Assembly: GCA_018303205.1 (NCBI GenBank)
Contig: JAGVYP010000019.1
Span: 1 to 49,809 of the forward strand
Direction of reading: 5' to 3'
Source: Candidatus Woesearchaeota archaeon
GTDB lineage: Archaea > Nanobdellota > Nanobdellia > Woesearchaeales > JAGWAF01
Length of the DNA stretch: 49,809 nucleotides
This document shows positions 1 through 9,045 of this stretch, in pieces. Position numbers and translations under genes: made by a program. The stretch's first letter is position 1, and the number at the start of each line of letters is the position of its first letter. The notes under the pieces were generated by a model. The model had not been told where the DNA came from, ran no database searches, and saw only the letters and a list, made by a program, of their open reading frames with translations.

Positions 1-86
1 TAAAATAAATATTATAATATAAAATATAGAAAATAATATATTTGAAAACCGAAACCTTCAAATACCACACTTCCTCTGAAACATAC

Positions 87-608
87 ATGGTCTTTGCACA
101 GCAACCTAATCAAGAACAAGTTGATCTTGCAAATGCTATGGGACCACCACCCCAAGCTCCCAAAAAGAAAGGACTCTTTGGAGGAGGCATTTCCTTTGAT
201 CTTTCCAGTCATAAGAAACCACTTGAAGGACAGACAGGAGAAACAAACGCACTTTCACAAGAAGTAAATGCGATCAGCAGAAGACTACGCATGTTAGAAG
301 ATAGAACACAAAATATGCGCGACAAAATGCAAATTCTTGACCAAAATATGCTTGAAAATAACAAGAAACTCCTTGCAGAAGTCAAAACGAATAATGATGA
401 CATCAGAGAGATCAAGCAAAATATGAGCGAGATACAAAACAAGATCCTACTCCTGATCAAGGAACTTCGTTTGTCTGCAAAAAAAGAAGATGTTGATGTC
501 ATGATGAAATACACTGAACTCTGGCAACCCCAAAACTTTGTAACCCGGGAGCAAGTAGAAAAAATAGCAAGAGAAATTTTTGAAGAGTATACCCATCAAA
601 ATATGTGA
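87..608 (+). CDS. Hypothetical coiled-coil protein
   Basis: ORF 42..608, with the ATG at 87 the more likely start. Long heptad-like helical region (RRLRMLEDRTQNMRDKMQILDQNM...). No catalytic motif. Confidence 0.7.
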   Translation: MVFAQQPNQEQVDLANAMGPPPQAPKKKGLFGGGISFDLSSHKKPLEGQTGETNALSQEVNAISRRLRMLEDRTQNMRDKMQILDQNMLENNKKLLAEVKTNNDDIREIKQNMSEIQNKILLLIKELRLSAKKEDVDVMMKYTELWQPQNFVTREQVEKIAREIFEEYTHQNM

Positions 609-646
609 AAGAAAAGAATCAAAATATAAACTTCTTAACAAGAAAA

Positions 647-753
647 AAAAAGTCATTGCCTTGGAGCAAAACCAGAAAACAACTCGATTCATGCAGAGTT
701 GTTTTCGTAAAACCTCCGATCGAAGGAGGAGCAGATCTCCGCAATGACTTTTT
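647..753 (+). repeat. Family A structured intergenic element, copy A1
   Basis: Outer stem AAAAAGTCATTGC/GCAATGACTTTTT. Conserved CCTTGGAGCAAAACCAG, hairpin GAAAACAACTC-[GATTCATGCA]-GAGTTGTTTTC, hairpin CCTCC/GGAGG, then GAGCAGATCTCC. Confidence 0.85.
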
Positions 754-785
754 AGAAAAGGAAAAGGACTTCTAAATAAACTTCT

Positions 786-828
786 CGAAACCTTTAAATA
801 GAGCACGTTCTAAATCAGAAAAGAGGTG
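786..828 (+). promoter_or_regulatory. Archaeal BRE-TATA promoter and RBS
   Basis: CGAAACC-TTTAAATA at 786-800. GAGGTG at 823-828 before the ATG at 833. Confidence 0.65.
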
Positions 829-832
829 TTGC

Positions 833-1495
833 ATGGGTGTATTTGACTTTCTGAAAAAGAAAGATCATCAGGAAGCAATGATGATGGGAGAAATGCCTGC
901 CCAAGCACATGACGAGCTTATGAGCCATGCAGAAAAACCAATCGGAACTCCTACACAAGATGTGTTAAATTTTCGCAAACAAGGTTACACTGATAATCAG
1001 ATAGTACAAACCTTACAACGCCAAGGCTACGAGCCTGCACAGATTTATGACGCTTTAAACCAAGCTGAGCTTATGGGAGGAGTACGCCAAATGCCAACGC
1101 AGGAAGCACCACAAATGACACAACAACAGCAAATGATTCCCGGAGGACCCTTACCCTTACAACAACCTTCAGAAGATTTTGAAGAAATGGCAGAATCCAT
1201 CATTGACCAAAAATGGAAAAGCTTCTCAGGAGAACTCCAGAAAATAACACAATGGAAGGATGACCTTAACACACGCTTAAGCAAAGTAGAACAAAGCTTG
1301 CAAGACGTTAAAGGAGATTTGGATAATATTCATGCCGCGCTGGTAGGAAAACTTAATGACTATGATAAGAATTTACTCAATATAGGAACAGAAATAAAAG
1401 CAATGGAAAAAGTCTTTCAAAAAGTCATTCCTACTTTTACAGAAAACGTACAAGAACTCGCTGAAGTAACTAAAAACTTAAAGAAAACTCGTTAG
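833..1495 (+). CDS. Hypothetical protein: small N-terminal helical domain, Q/P-rich linker, C-terminal coiled coil
   Basis: 220-aa ORF with its own promoter and RBS. GYTDNQIVQTLQRQGYEPAQIYDAL helical motif, then a long heptad region. Confidence 0.75.
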   Translation: MGVFDFLKKKDHQEAMMMGEMPAQAHDELMSHAEKPIGTPTQDVLNFRKQGYTDNQIVQTLQRQGYEPAQIYDALNQAELMGGVRQMPTQEAPQMTQQQQMIPGGPLPLQQPSEDFEEMAESIIDQKWKSFSGELQKITQWKDDLNTRLSKVEQSLQDVKGDLDNIHAALVGKLNDYDKNLLNIGTEIKAMEKVFQKVIPTFTENVQELAEVTKNLKKTR

Positions 1496-1501
1496 CATTC
1501 A

Positions 1502-2071
1502 TTATTCTTCTATGGTCAATCTTTGAATCGCAATCATAGCAATAAGTAAAACAACAATCATACCGAGCACTTTGGTATTGAAAAGAGTTTGAAAAAAAGC
1601 ACCTTGTTGCGTTCCTTCTGCCCCCGTACCTACAAGTTGAGTTTCATTTCCAATATAAGGGCCTGTTGCACCAGGACCAGGAACACCACCTCGCTCTGAA
1701 AAAACACTCGTAATACTACCAATAAGAATCAGGAGTAAAATGATAAAAGTCCACCAGCCAATATGCTTATGATAAGGACCTGAGCTCAACAATGTTTCCG
1801 GTTTGACACCAAAAATACCAAAGGCCATCAACATAAAGATAATGATAATAAAGAAAACAACAAGAATAGGGGTCATACGACCAATAATATCAATAACCAC
1901 TTGAGAAAATAAAGTCATAATAGCAAGAAGAAAAGCAATCATACCTGCTAAAGCTCTTCTTTCTTTCAAAATACTCATGGAAAGAATTGCATAAACAAGC
2001 ACAAGGACTAATAAGAAAGGAAAAAGAATACTAAAGTTTTGCAAAAATCCTATATCAAGGATGGATGCCAT
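1502..2071 (-). CDS. Multi-pass membrane protein (paralogue 3 of 3)
   Basis: About 5 hydrophobic helices. Shares the N-terminal PFLLV..L.YAIL motif with 2080..2676 and 3114..3692. Confidence 0.75.
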   Translation of the reverse strand: MASILDIGFLQNFSILFPFLLVLVLVYAILSMSILKERRALAGMIAFLLAIMTLFSQVVIDIIGRMTPILVVFFIIIIFMLMAFGIFGVKPETLLSSGPYHKHIGWWTFIILLLILIGSITSVFSERGGVPGPGATGPYIGNETQLVGTGAEGTQQGAFFQTLFNTKVLGMIVVLLIAMIAIQRLTIEE

Positions 2072-2079
2072 TGCTCACC

Positions 2080-2676
2080 TTAATGACCGCCGTGGCCGCC
2101 CTTACCTAAACCTTCAAAAAAGCTTTTGATACCATCACCAAAGTGACCTTCCCCAGGCTCTTTGGTAACAAACCAGACGATAAGAGTAAAGATGAGGATA
2201 ATAACAATAACAGCTTGCACTTCTGAATTATCCAGGAAAGACCAGAAAGCTCCACCGTATTGAGCATAACCAGCAGCACGCAAGAAAATCCAGATAATAG
2301 CAATAAAAGAAATAAGAACAATAAAACCAGACATGGACTCTGTCCAACCAGATTTTCCAGCAAATAATCCTATTAAGATAAGAAACATAACAATAGCAAC
2401 CAGTAAGATAGCAACATTAGGAATAGCAGCATTAACAATATTTACAGGATCTGAATTTGGAGGATAAACACCCATAATATGAGGAACAACAACAAGAAGA
2501 GAGATCACTAAAGAAATAACAATATTATATTTTTTAGCATCTTCATCCTTATGACCTAAAACTCCTGATTTTTGTAACGCAACAAAAGAAAGTACAAAGA
2601 AGAGAGCAAAAGGAAGCCATAAGTCTTGTAAGCCGATATTTGTAAGAACCTGTCCTATATTACCCGTATATGCCAT
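2080..2676 (-). CDS. Multi-pass membrane protein (paralogue 2 of 3)
   Basis: GLQDLWLPFALFFVLSFVALQKSGVLG, about 5 TM helices, Gly/His-rich tail. Confidence 0.75.
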   Translation of the reverse strand: MAYTGNIGQVLTNIGLQDLWLPFALFFVLSFVALQKSGVLGHKDEDAKKYNIVISLVISLLVVVPHIMGVYPPNSDPVNIVNAAIPNVAILLVAIVMFLILIGLFAGKSGWTESMSGFIVLISFIAIIWIFLRAAGYAQYGGAFWSFLDNSEVQAVIVIILIFTLIVWFVTKEPGEGHFGDGIKSFFEGLGKGGHGGH

Positions 2677-2755
2677 GTTCTACCCCTTTTTGAATAAACT
2701 CTTTTACCTCTTACCCTATATAAACCTTTTGATTGAAAAAACATACTTACCCACA

Positions 2756-3043
2756 GGAAGGTCATTGCCTTAGAGCAAAATCAGATTTTCGAGCGATTCA
2801 TGCCAGATTTTTAATAAAATCTGGTAAAAACTTGTGGGTTTCGCTTTGCTCAAGCCCACTAACAGAAACAGTGCACGATCATAAATTTATGAGTAGCATC
2901 GTGCATGCGACTTTATGTCGCATCTGTTTCTACCAGATCCCATGGAAATGCAACATTTCTAGGGGCTCAAGAAACAAAAGGTTTCTTTGAGCTTTGTTAA
3001 AGATCTGTGAGGGACGAGCAGTAGATCTCCGCAATGACCTTCC
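2756..3043 (+). repeat. Family A element, expanded copy A2 containing about 180 nt of inserted hairpin modules
   Basis: 13-bp outer stem GGAAGGTCATTGC/GCAATGACCTTCC with conserved A motifs at both ends. After GATTCATGC comes a run of hairpins (CCAGATTTT/AAAATCTGG, GTGGG/CCCAC, ATGCGAC/GTCGCAT, GCTCAAGAAAC/GTTTCTTTGAGC). Confidence 0.85.
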
Positions 3044-3113
3044 AAAGAAGAATAGAGGATAAAACAGAGAGACAGATAAAATTGATAAAAAAAAATAAGA
3101 AGACTAAAAAGCA

Positions 3114-3692
3114 TTAATGATGTTCAGATTTATGCATACTGCCACCACCGCCACTTTTACCGCTTGAGGTTACCCAGTAAATAAATGCTATGACAAGAAC
3201 AATAAAGACAATAGCAGCAACAGCAGAACTTGTCCAATACGCACTCAACCAATCCCAAACTACTTCCAGATACGTCTTGCCATTTTTTGTCGTGATCGCA
3301 TTCAAAAAGATAAAAACAATACCAAAGAACATGATAACCATAAAGATAACATTCCAATAACTATTCAAAGCAAAATCTTCTCCTTGTTTTGCAAAACTTC
3401 CCGCAAGCATCAAAAACAAGACAGAAAGCAGCAAGAGAACAACAATCTGACTAGAAACGGTAAAAATGATTTCTACAATTTTAGAGGAAGCAATAACAAA
3501 AAAGCCAAGAACAAAAGCCATCATCGCATTCAAGTTCTTCTTGGTTTCCCCATTTTCTGTTCCCAATACTTTTGTTTTTTCTAAGATAGCAAAGACCAGA
3601 GTAAAAACAAGAAGAAAAGGCAGGATAACATCATAGACTCCTAGCCTATCAAAAAATTGTACAATATCTACAAGAGCACTATTTTCTGGCAT
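3114..3692 (-). CDS. Multi-pass membrane protein (paralogue 1 of 3)
   Basis: GVYDVILPFLLVFTLVFAILEKTKVLG, about 5 TM helices, Gly/His-rich tail. Confidence 0.75.
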   Translation of the reverse strand: MPENSALVDIVQFFDRLGVYDVILPFLLVFTLVFAILEKTKVLGTENGETKKNLNAMMAFVLGFFVIASSKIVEIIFTVSSQIVVLLLLSVLFLMLAGSFAKQGEDFALNSYWNVIFMVIMFFGIVFIFLNAITTKNGKTYLEVVWDWLSAYWTSSAVAAIVFIVLVIAFIYWVTSSGKSGGGGSMHKSEHH

Positions 3693-3846
3693 ACCCCTTC
3701 TTTGATATCTGGTCTATTTAAACTTTTCGAACAGAAAATGACGTATGATAAATCCCTAAATTTTTCTTTTTTTCCTATAAAAAAAACATCAAAAATGATT
3801 AAAAGTCACCGCCATCTTTATATACACCTCTTTGTTCTGTAATGTC

Positions 3847-4413
3847 ATGATCCTTGACCAAAAAGAATTCAAAGAAATTGCCAAACACCTTGAAGACTTT
3901 GAAAAGAAAAGAGAAGAACAAATTGCAAAGTCAAGAGAAGTCATTAAACTTTCCAAGCAGATTATTTACAGTCTGCATAGAAATGATCTCAAAGAAGCGG
4001 AAAAATATGTTCTTGCAATTAAAAAAGAAATGAAATTGCTTTCTCCAAAAGATTATGATACTGGAATGGTAAGTGTTGCTTTCCAGGAGTATGGCGAAGC
4101 ATTATGCTTTTTTCATTTTGTAAAAGAGAAAAAGATCCCTACTGCTAAAGCATTGAATTTAGATCCTGAATCATATCTCATGGGATTATGTGATCTTACA
4201 GGAGAACTCATGCGCAGAGGTGTGAATGCCGTCATTAAAAAAGATTACGATGAGGCAATACTTTGCAAAGACACGGTTGATGAAATCTATGGCGCTTTTC
4301 TTGCTTTTGATTTTCGCAATGGCGAGCTCAGAAAAAAATTCGACAGCATCAAATGGAACCTGAAAAAATTAGAAGACGTAGCATACGATATTAAGACCAA
4401 GTTAGAGAAATGA
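3847..4413 (+). CDS. Translin/TRAX (C3PO) family RNase-like protein
   Basis: QEYGEA and YLMGLCDLTGELMR motifs carry the acidic catalytic residues. C-terminal LRKKFD. ATG at 3847 follows a TTTATATA box. Confidence 0.85.
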   Translation: MILDQKEFKEIAKHLEDFEKKREEQIAKSREVIKLSKQIIYSLHRNDLKEAEKYVLAIKKEMKLLSPKDYDTGMVSVAFQEYGEALCFFHFVKEKKIPTAKALNLDPESYLMGLCDLTGELMRRGVNAVIKKDYDEAILCKDTVDEIYGAFLAFDFRNGELRKKFDSIKWNLKKLEDVAYDIKTKLEK

Positions 4414-4451
4414 TGCAAAAAGAACACCGTGATCAGATCATGCAAATGCAT

Positions 4452-4555
4452 TACGATCATTGCCTTGGAGCACAACCAGAAAAACAAGTGATTCATGCAG
4501 CTTGTTTTTCGCAATGCCTGCGAGGGACGAGCAGTAGATCTCCGCAATGATCGTA
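4452..4555 (+). repeat. Family A element, copy A3
   Basis: 12-bp outer stem TACGATCATTGC/GCAATGATCGTA. CCTTGGAGCACAACCAG, GAAAAACAAGT-[GATTCATGCA]-GCTTGTTTTTC, GAGCAGTAGATCTCC. Confidence 0.85.
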
Positions 4556-4640
4556 GAAAAAAAGAATAAAAATAAATAAGATAAAGAAAGATAAAAATAC
4601 AAAAATAAAAATTGATAAAAAAAACATAAAAAACCAGAAA

Positions 4641-5204
4641 ATGATAAACATCATCAAATTTCTTTTTGAACTGGGAAATGCAAAGCGAGTAAAAAGATCA
4701 GGATGGTGGCTGGCAGGCATTAAAGATCCTGAGTCTATTGCAGAACATATGTGGAGAGCAACCATTCTTGGAAACCTAATCGCAGAAGAGGAAGGTGCGA
4801 ATACCTCTAAGGTCATGAAGATGTTATTGTTTCATGATATTCCTGAAATACGCTTAAATGACACCCATAAAGTAGGCGCGCGCTATATGAACACCAAAGA
4901 AGCAGAGCACAAAGCTTTGGAAGAACAAATACAAGACCTTTTCTCAACACTCAAAAACGAGATCATGCAATTATGGAAAGAAATGCACGAACTTAAAACC
5001 AAAGAAGCTATCGTCGCAAAAGACGCTGACCTTTTGGAATGCGCATTCCAGGCAAAAGAATACCAAGATCAAGGATATACATGTTGCCAAGACTGGATCA
5101 ACAACGTAAGAAAAAAACTCCAAACCAAAACAGCAAAACAATTGCTTTCTCTTCTGGAAAAAAATTCTTCTACTTCCTGGTGGAATGGACTAAAAAAAAT
5201 ATAG
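4641..5204 (+). CDS. HD-domain 5'-deoxynucleotidase-like hydrolase (HDDC2/YfbR-like)
   Basis: KRVKRSGW, ESIAEHMWR, LFHDIPE and KDADLLE motifs. Confidence 0.85.
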   Translation: MINIIKFLFELGNAKRVKRSGWWLAGIKDPESIAEHMWRATILGNLIAEEEGANTSKVMKMLLFHDIPEIRLNDTHKVGARYMNTKEAEHKALEEQIQDLFSTLKNEIMQLWKEMHELKTKEAIVAKDADLLECAFQAKEYQDQGYTCCQDWINNVRKKLQTKTAKQLLSLLEKNSSTSWWNGLKKI

Positions 5205-5449
5205 ATTTAAAGTAAATTTGTTATTCTTTTCTATTATTTTCATTCCTTTTTCTTTTATGTCTTCTCCAATTATCCTTTTTAAAAAAAAAATTCAAAAACA
5301 ATATGAAAAAAACACAAACAAGAATACAAGATAAACCGTGTAATAGAAAAGAAGAGAATTATCAAAAACATGAAAAAAATATTCTTTAGCAAAGAGCACA
5401 GCGTCTGAAGTGAAGATTTTTATAGGGGTGCAGATTCCTCATTTCTAAG

Positions 5450-6124
5450 ATGTCTAATCCTATTTTTACTGTTCTTTATAGAAAAATAAGAGCGCACTAT
5501 GCTGCTCATCCTGAAGCTGTCCGTTTTATAGGTATTACCGGAGAGTATGCTGCAGGAAAAACCTGGTTTAGTGAAGCGTTTGCTCGATATCTTAGAGAAC
5601 AGAAAATTGATGCACATCCTCTTGAGACAGATATGTACTTTCTTTTTTCAAAGGCAGAACGTTTTGCTCTTGAGGCACGACTACGAGAGGAAGGGCAATT
5701 GGAAGAGAGAAGGCATGAAGGCTATACCTTAGATACTGATCGTTGGCTCACGCATCTTCGCCAATTAAGAGAGCGTACACCTGTATCAGATAGGGGGTTA
5801 TATCAAAGAAAGACAGGAGAAAAAGACCTGGTTCTTGAAGTTTCTTTTAATGGTCAAGAAAAATGGGTTTTATTTGACGGAGTCTGGGTTTCAGGACAAC
5901 CGATAAGGCAATACATGGATGTGATGGTGCAACTCTTAGCAGAGGAAGGAGTGAGAAGGGAAAGAGCACGTCTTAGGGCAGCGAGTCTGAACATACCGTA
6001 TGAGCAAACACCTGAACGCTTTAGGGGCATTGATGAACTCACACGAAGATGCTTATGCAGAGACCCTGAAGATATCGTTATTAATAATTCAAACTTTGAC
6101 AATCCTGTTTTGGTAAAAAAATGA
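5450..6124 (+). CDS. P-loop kinase, uridine kinase/phosphoribulokinase-like
   Basis: IGITGEYAAGKT Walker A, ETDMYF, Y.RKTG, VLFDGVW, terminal DIVINNS. Confidence 0.65.
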   Translation: MSNPIFTVLYRKIRAHYAAHPEAVRFIGITGEYAAGKTWFSEAFARYLREQKIDAHPLETDMYFLFSKAERFALEARLREEGQLEERRHEGYTLDTDRWLTHLRQLRERTPVSDRGLYQRKTGEKDLVLEVSFNGQEKWVLFDGVWVSGQPIRQYMDVMVQLLAEEGVRRERARLRAASLNIPYEQTPERFRGIDELTRRCLCRDPEDIVINNSNFDNPVLVKK

Positions 6125-6771
6125 TTAAAGCAATGATCTTTGATATGGACGGAGTGTTGTCTGATACTGAAAAATCACGGTTTCTTATTTTAAAAAAAAT
6201 TCTCAAAAAAGAAGGCATATCTCTAGATGAAAGCTATTCTAAAAAATTTATTGGTTTGAAATTAGAAAGAATCTTTTCAAAATATTTTAAGGATAAACAT
6301 CTCGATGTCTCACGAATAAGAAAAGAAAAAGACAGAATCATACAATCTCATCCGGAAAAATACATCTTGGGATATCCGGGAACAAAAGAATGTTTGCAGA
6401 GATTATCTGATGATGGACTCCAGTTAGCAGTATGTTCATCTTCAAAAAAAGAAAGTATTCACTTTGCGTTAACCTCCCTTGGTATCCTTGGTTTCTTTTC
6501 ATTGATCATAAGCTCGGATGAGGTCAAAGAACAAAAACCATCACCAGAAATCTATTTGCTCGCATTACGCAAGCTTTGCTTAACACCTTCTGAATGCCTT
6601 GTTATTGAAGATAGCAAGATAGGAATAGAAGCTGCGCATCGTGCTGGAATAAAGTGTATAGGCATTACCAGCAATTTTCAAAAAGATGAGCTCAAAGAAG
6701 CTGATAGAGTGGTATCCTCTTTAGACGAAATAAATACCTCACTCATTCGATTGTTTGAAAATACTAACTAA
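6121..6771 (+). CDS. HAD-family phosphatase (beta-PGM/CbbY-like)
   Basis: FDMDGVLSDT motif I, CSSS motif II, KPSPEIY, IEDS..GIEAA. ATGA overlap with the upstream kinase. Confidence 0.9.
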   Translation: MIKAMIFDMDGVLSDTEKSRFLILKKILKKEGISLDESYSKKFIGLKLERIFSKYFKDKHLDVSRIRKEKDRIIQSHPEKYILGYPGTKECLQRLSDDGLQLAVCSSSKKESIHFALTSLGILGFFSLIISSDEVKEQKPSPEIYLLALRKLCLTPSECLVIEDSKIGIEAAHRAGIKCIGITSNFQKDELKEADRVVSSLDEINTSLIRLFENTN

Positions 6772-7219
6772 GATTCATCCCAAGGATTTCAAAATCTTCT
6801 TGTAATTCCTCTTCATCCTGAGGACAATGAAATCCATTATAAGCAAAGGTAATTTTTCCCTGGATCATATTCTTTTTTTGTCCTTGACCAAACTTCGCAC
6901 GCAAGCTATCTTCATGAGTATCCTGATATCCTATGAAATGACCCAGATCTCTTCTAAGAATAGAGAGGGTATCTCCTTGACGATGCTGAAGAACAAAAAC
7001 AATAAAGGTAGTTCCCCACTTGTTCTTTTGATATCCTGAAAGATAGACCTCTCTTTCCTCATTTGAAAATTCCCCATATTTTTTCTTAACAAAAGACACC
7101 CAGGAAGAAAACTTTTTTTTCCGCAGAATCGTATAACCTTTTTTCTCTAAGTACTGCTGTATCTCTTTTTCTTTTTTTACTACCTCAGGCTTCAAAAGCA
7201 ACAAGGAAATATCATCCAT
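6764..7219 (-). CDS. Nucleoside-diphosphate-kinase-like protein (divergent)
   Basis: LLLLKPE at the N-terminus, DSLRAKFG, and NGFHCPQD..E containing the NDK phospho-His position. Confidence 0.6.
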   Translation of the reverse strand: MDDISLLLLKPEVVKKEKEIQQYLEKKGYTILRKKKFSSWVSFVKKKYGEFSNEEREVYLSGYQKNKWGTTFIVFVLQHRQGDTLSILRRDLGHFIGYQDTHEDSLRAKFGQGQKKNMIQGKITFAYNGFHCPQDEEELQEDFEILGMNLS

Positions 7220-7287
7220 GCTCCTATAAAACACTGCTCCTATAAAAAGCCATAACCTTTATATATCGTGTGGTATCCTCCTCACAT

Positions 7288-9027
7288 ATGCTGAGAACCC
7301 ATACCTGCGGTGAATTAAGAAAGCACTATGCAGAGAAAGAAGTACAGCTTTGTGGTTGGGTACATGCTATCCGCACGCACGGTAATGTTACCTTTATTGA
7401 CTTACGAGACCGCTATGGTATTACCCAATTAGCGTTCGCAGAACATTTGAAAAAAGACATTGCAGAAGTCAAAAAAGAATACGTTCTTCAAGTTCAAGGA
7501 ATGGTAAAGAAAAAACCAGAACCTAACAAAAAACTTCTTACAGGAGACATTGAAGTTGAAGTTTCTTCTTATACCGTACTCAATGAAGCAGAACCCTTAC
7601 CCTTGGACATCGACGGATCAACAGAAATGACAGAAGAAACAAGATTAAAATGGAGATTCCTCGATTTGAGAAGTCAACGCATGCAACAAAACTTGACATT
7701 ACGAAATAACGTGCTCAGAACAGTAAGGGAATTTTATCAAAGAAATAATTTTATAGAAATTGAAACTCCTGTACTTGCAAAATCAACACCCGAAGGAGCA
7801 AGGGACTATCTTGTTCCTAGCAGAGTCAATCCTGGAAAATTCTATGCGCTACCCCAATCACCTCAAATTTTCAAACAACTCTTTATGGTTGCAGGTCTTG
7901 ACAGATATTTTCAAATTGTCAAATGTTTTCGAGATGAAGATTTGAGAGGAGAACGACAACCGGAATTTACACAAATAGATGTGGAAATGAGCTTTGTTGA
8001 ACAAGAAGATATCATTCAACTCCACGAACAACTCATAAAACAAGTATGGAAAGATGCTCTGAAGATTGATACTCCTCTGCCTTTTCCTCGCATGACCTAT
8101 ACAGAAGCCATGGAACAATACGGAAAAGATGCTCCAGACACGAGATTCGCATTGAAACTCAAAAAACTCAATGAGATTTTCAAAAAAACAAATTTTGAAA
8201 TTTTCAAAAAAGCATTAGAAGAAAAAGGATCTATTTACGCAATCAATGTCAAGGGAGCTGCTTCTTTTTCAAGAAAAGAGATTGAAGACTGCACAGAAAT
8301 AGTAAAGGCACATCGTGCAAAAGGCCTTGCATGGCTCAAAATGCAAGAAACCTTTGATGGACCTATTGCTAAATTTTTATCTGAAGAAGAAAAAAAACAG
8401 TTGAAAAAAGAATTAGAAATAGAGAAAGAAGATCTGATTTTCTTTGTTGCAGATCAGAAGCATTTTATATGCCAAACTGCTTTAGGAGCTCTTCGCTTAC
8501 ACTTGGGAAAAAAATTAAACCTGATAGACAAAATCGCATGGAATTTTCTCTGGGTCCTTGACTTTCCCCTCTTTGAATACGATGAAGAAGAGAAAAGACA
8601 CGTTGCAGTACACCATCCTTTTACCAGTCCCAAAAAAGGAGATATTCTTAAAATGGAAACACATCCCTTACAGGTCAGAGCATTAGCTCATGATCTTGTC
8701 TTGAATGGCCATGAAATAGGGGGAGGAAGCATTCGTATTCATCAGCGTACATTACAAGAAAAAATGTTTAAGATTCTTGGTTTTTCAAAAGAAGAAGCTG
8801 AAGAAAAATTTGGGTTTCTCTTAAACGCGTTCAAATATGGAGCTCCTCCTCATGGAGGATTGGCTTTTGGTGTAGATCGCATTATTGCATTACTTTGCGG
8901 AGCAGAAAGCATTCGCGAAGTTATTGCATTTCCTAAAACAAAGGATGCTGAAGACTTAATGATGGGATCTCCCTCCTTTGTTTCACAAAAACAGCTTGAT
9001 GAATTAGGCATTAGCTTAAAAAAGTAA
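7288..9027 (+). CDS. aspS: Aspartate--tRNA ligase, bacterial type with GAD insertion domain
   Basis: MLRTHTCGEL, FIDLRDRYG, STPEGARDYLVPSR, LPQSPQIFKQ, FRDEDLR..RQPEFTQ, GAPPHGGLAFGVDR. About 580 aa. Confidence 0.97.
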   Translation: MLRTHTCGELRKHYAEKEVQLCGWVHAIRTHGNVTFIDLRDRYGITQLAFAEHLKKDIAEVKKEYVLQVQGMVKKKPEPNKKLLTGDIEVEVSSYTVLNEAEPLPLDIDGSTEMTEETRLKWRFLDLRSQRMQQNLTLRNNVLRTVREFYQRNNFIEIETPVLAKSTPEGARDYLVPSRVNPGKFYALPQSPQIFKQLFMVAGLDRYFQIVKCFRDEDLRGERQPEFTQIDVEMSFVEQEDIIQLHEQLIKQVWKDALKIDTPLPFPRMTYTEAMEQYGKDAPDTRFALKLKKLNEIFKKTNFEIFKKALEEKGSIYAINVKGAASFSRKEIEDCTEIVKAHRAKGLAWLKMQETFDGPIAKFLSEEEKKQLKKELEIEKEDLIFFVADQKHFICQTALGALRLHLGKKLNLIDKIAWNFLWVLDFPLFEYDEEEKRHVAVHHPFTSPKKGDILKMETHPLQVRALAHDLVLNGHEIGGGSIRIHQRTLQEKMFKILGFSKEEAEEKFGFLLNAFKYGAPPHGGLAFGVDRIIALLCGAESIREVIAFPKTKDAEDLMMGSPSFVSQKQLDELGISLKK

Positions 9028-9045
9028 TAAGGAAGAATAAAAGAG

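Noticed and set aside
647-753. Families A and B as simple intrinsic terminators, known riboswitches or tRNAs
   Set aside because: Most copies are followed by A-rich rather than U tracts, and several are antisense to or between divergent genes. The conserved loops exceed what a terminator needs. There is no cloverleaf or T-loop and no full match to the SAM-I or glycine consensus.
447-806. ORFs 447..806, 2733..2990, 4287..4547, 4493..4816, 12174..12701 and 34468..34668, several sharing peptides such as HCGDLLL
   Set aside because: The shared peptides are translations of family A or B repeats, not a protein family.
7219-7247. 13-bp tandem repeat TGCTCCTATAAAA upstream of the NDK-like gene
   Set aside because: Only two copies. 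It is most simply a local duplication of the RBS region, with no further support for a function.
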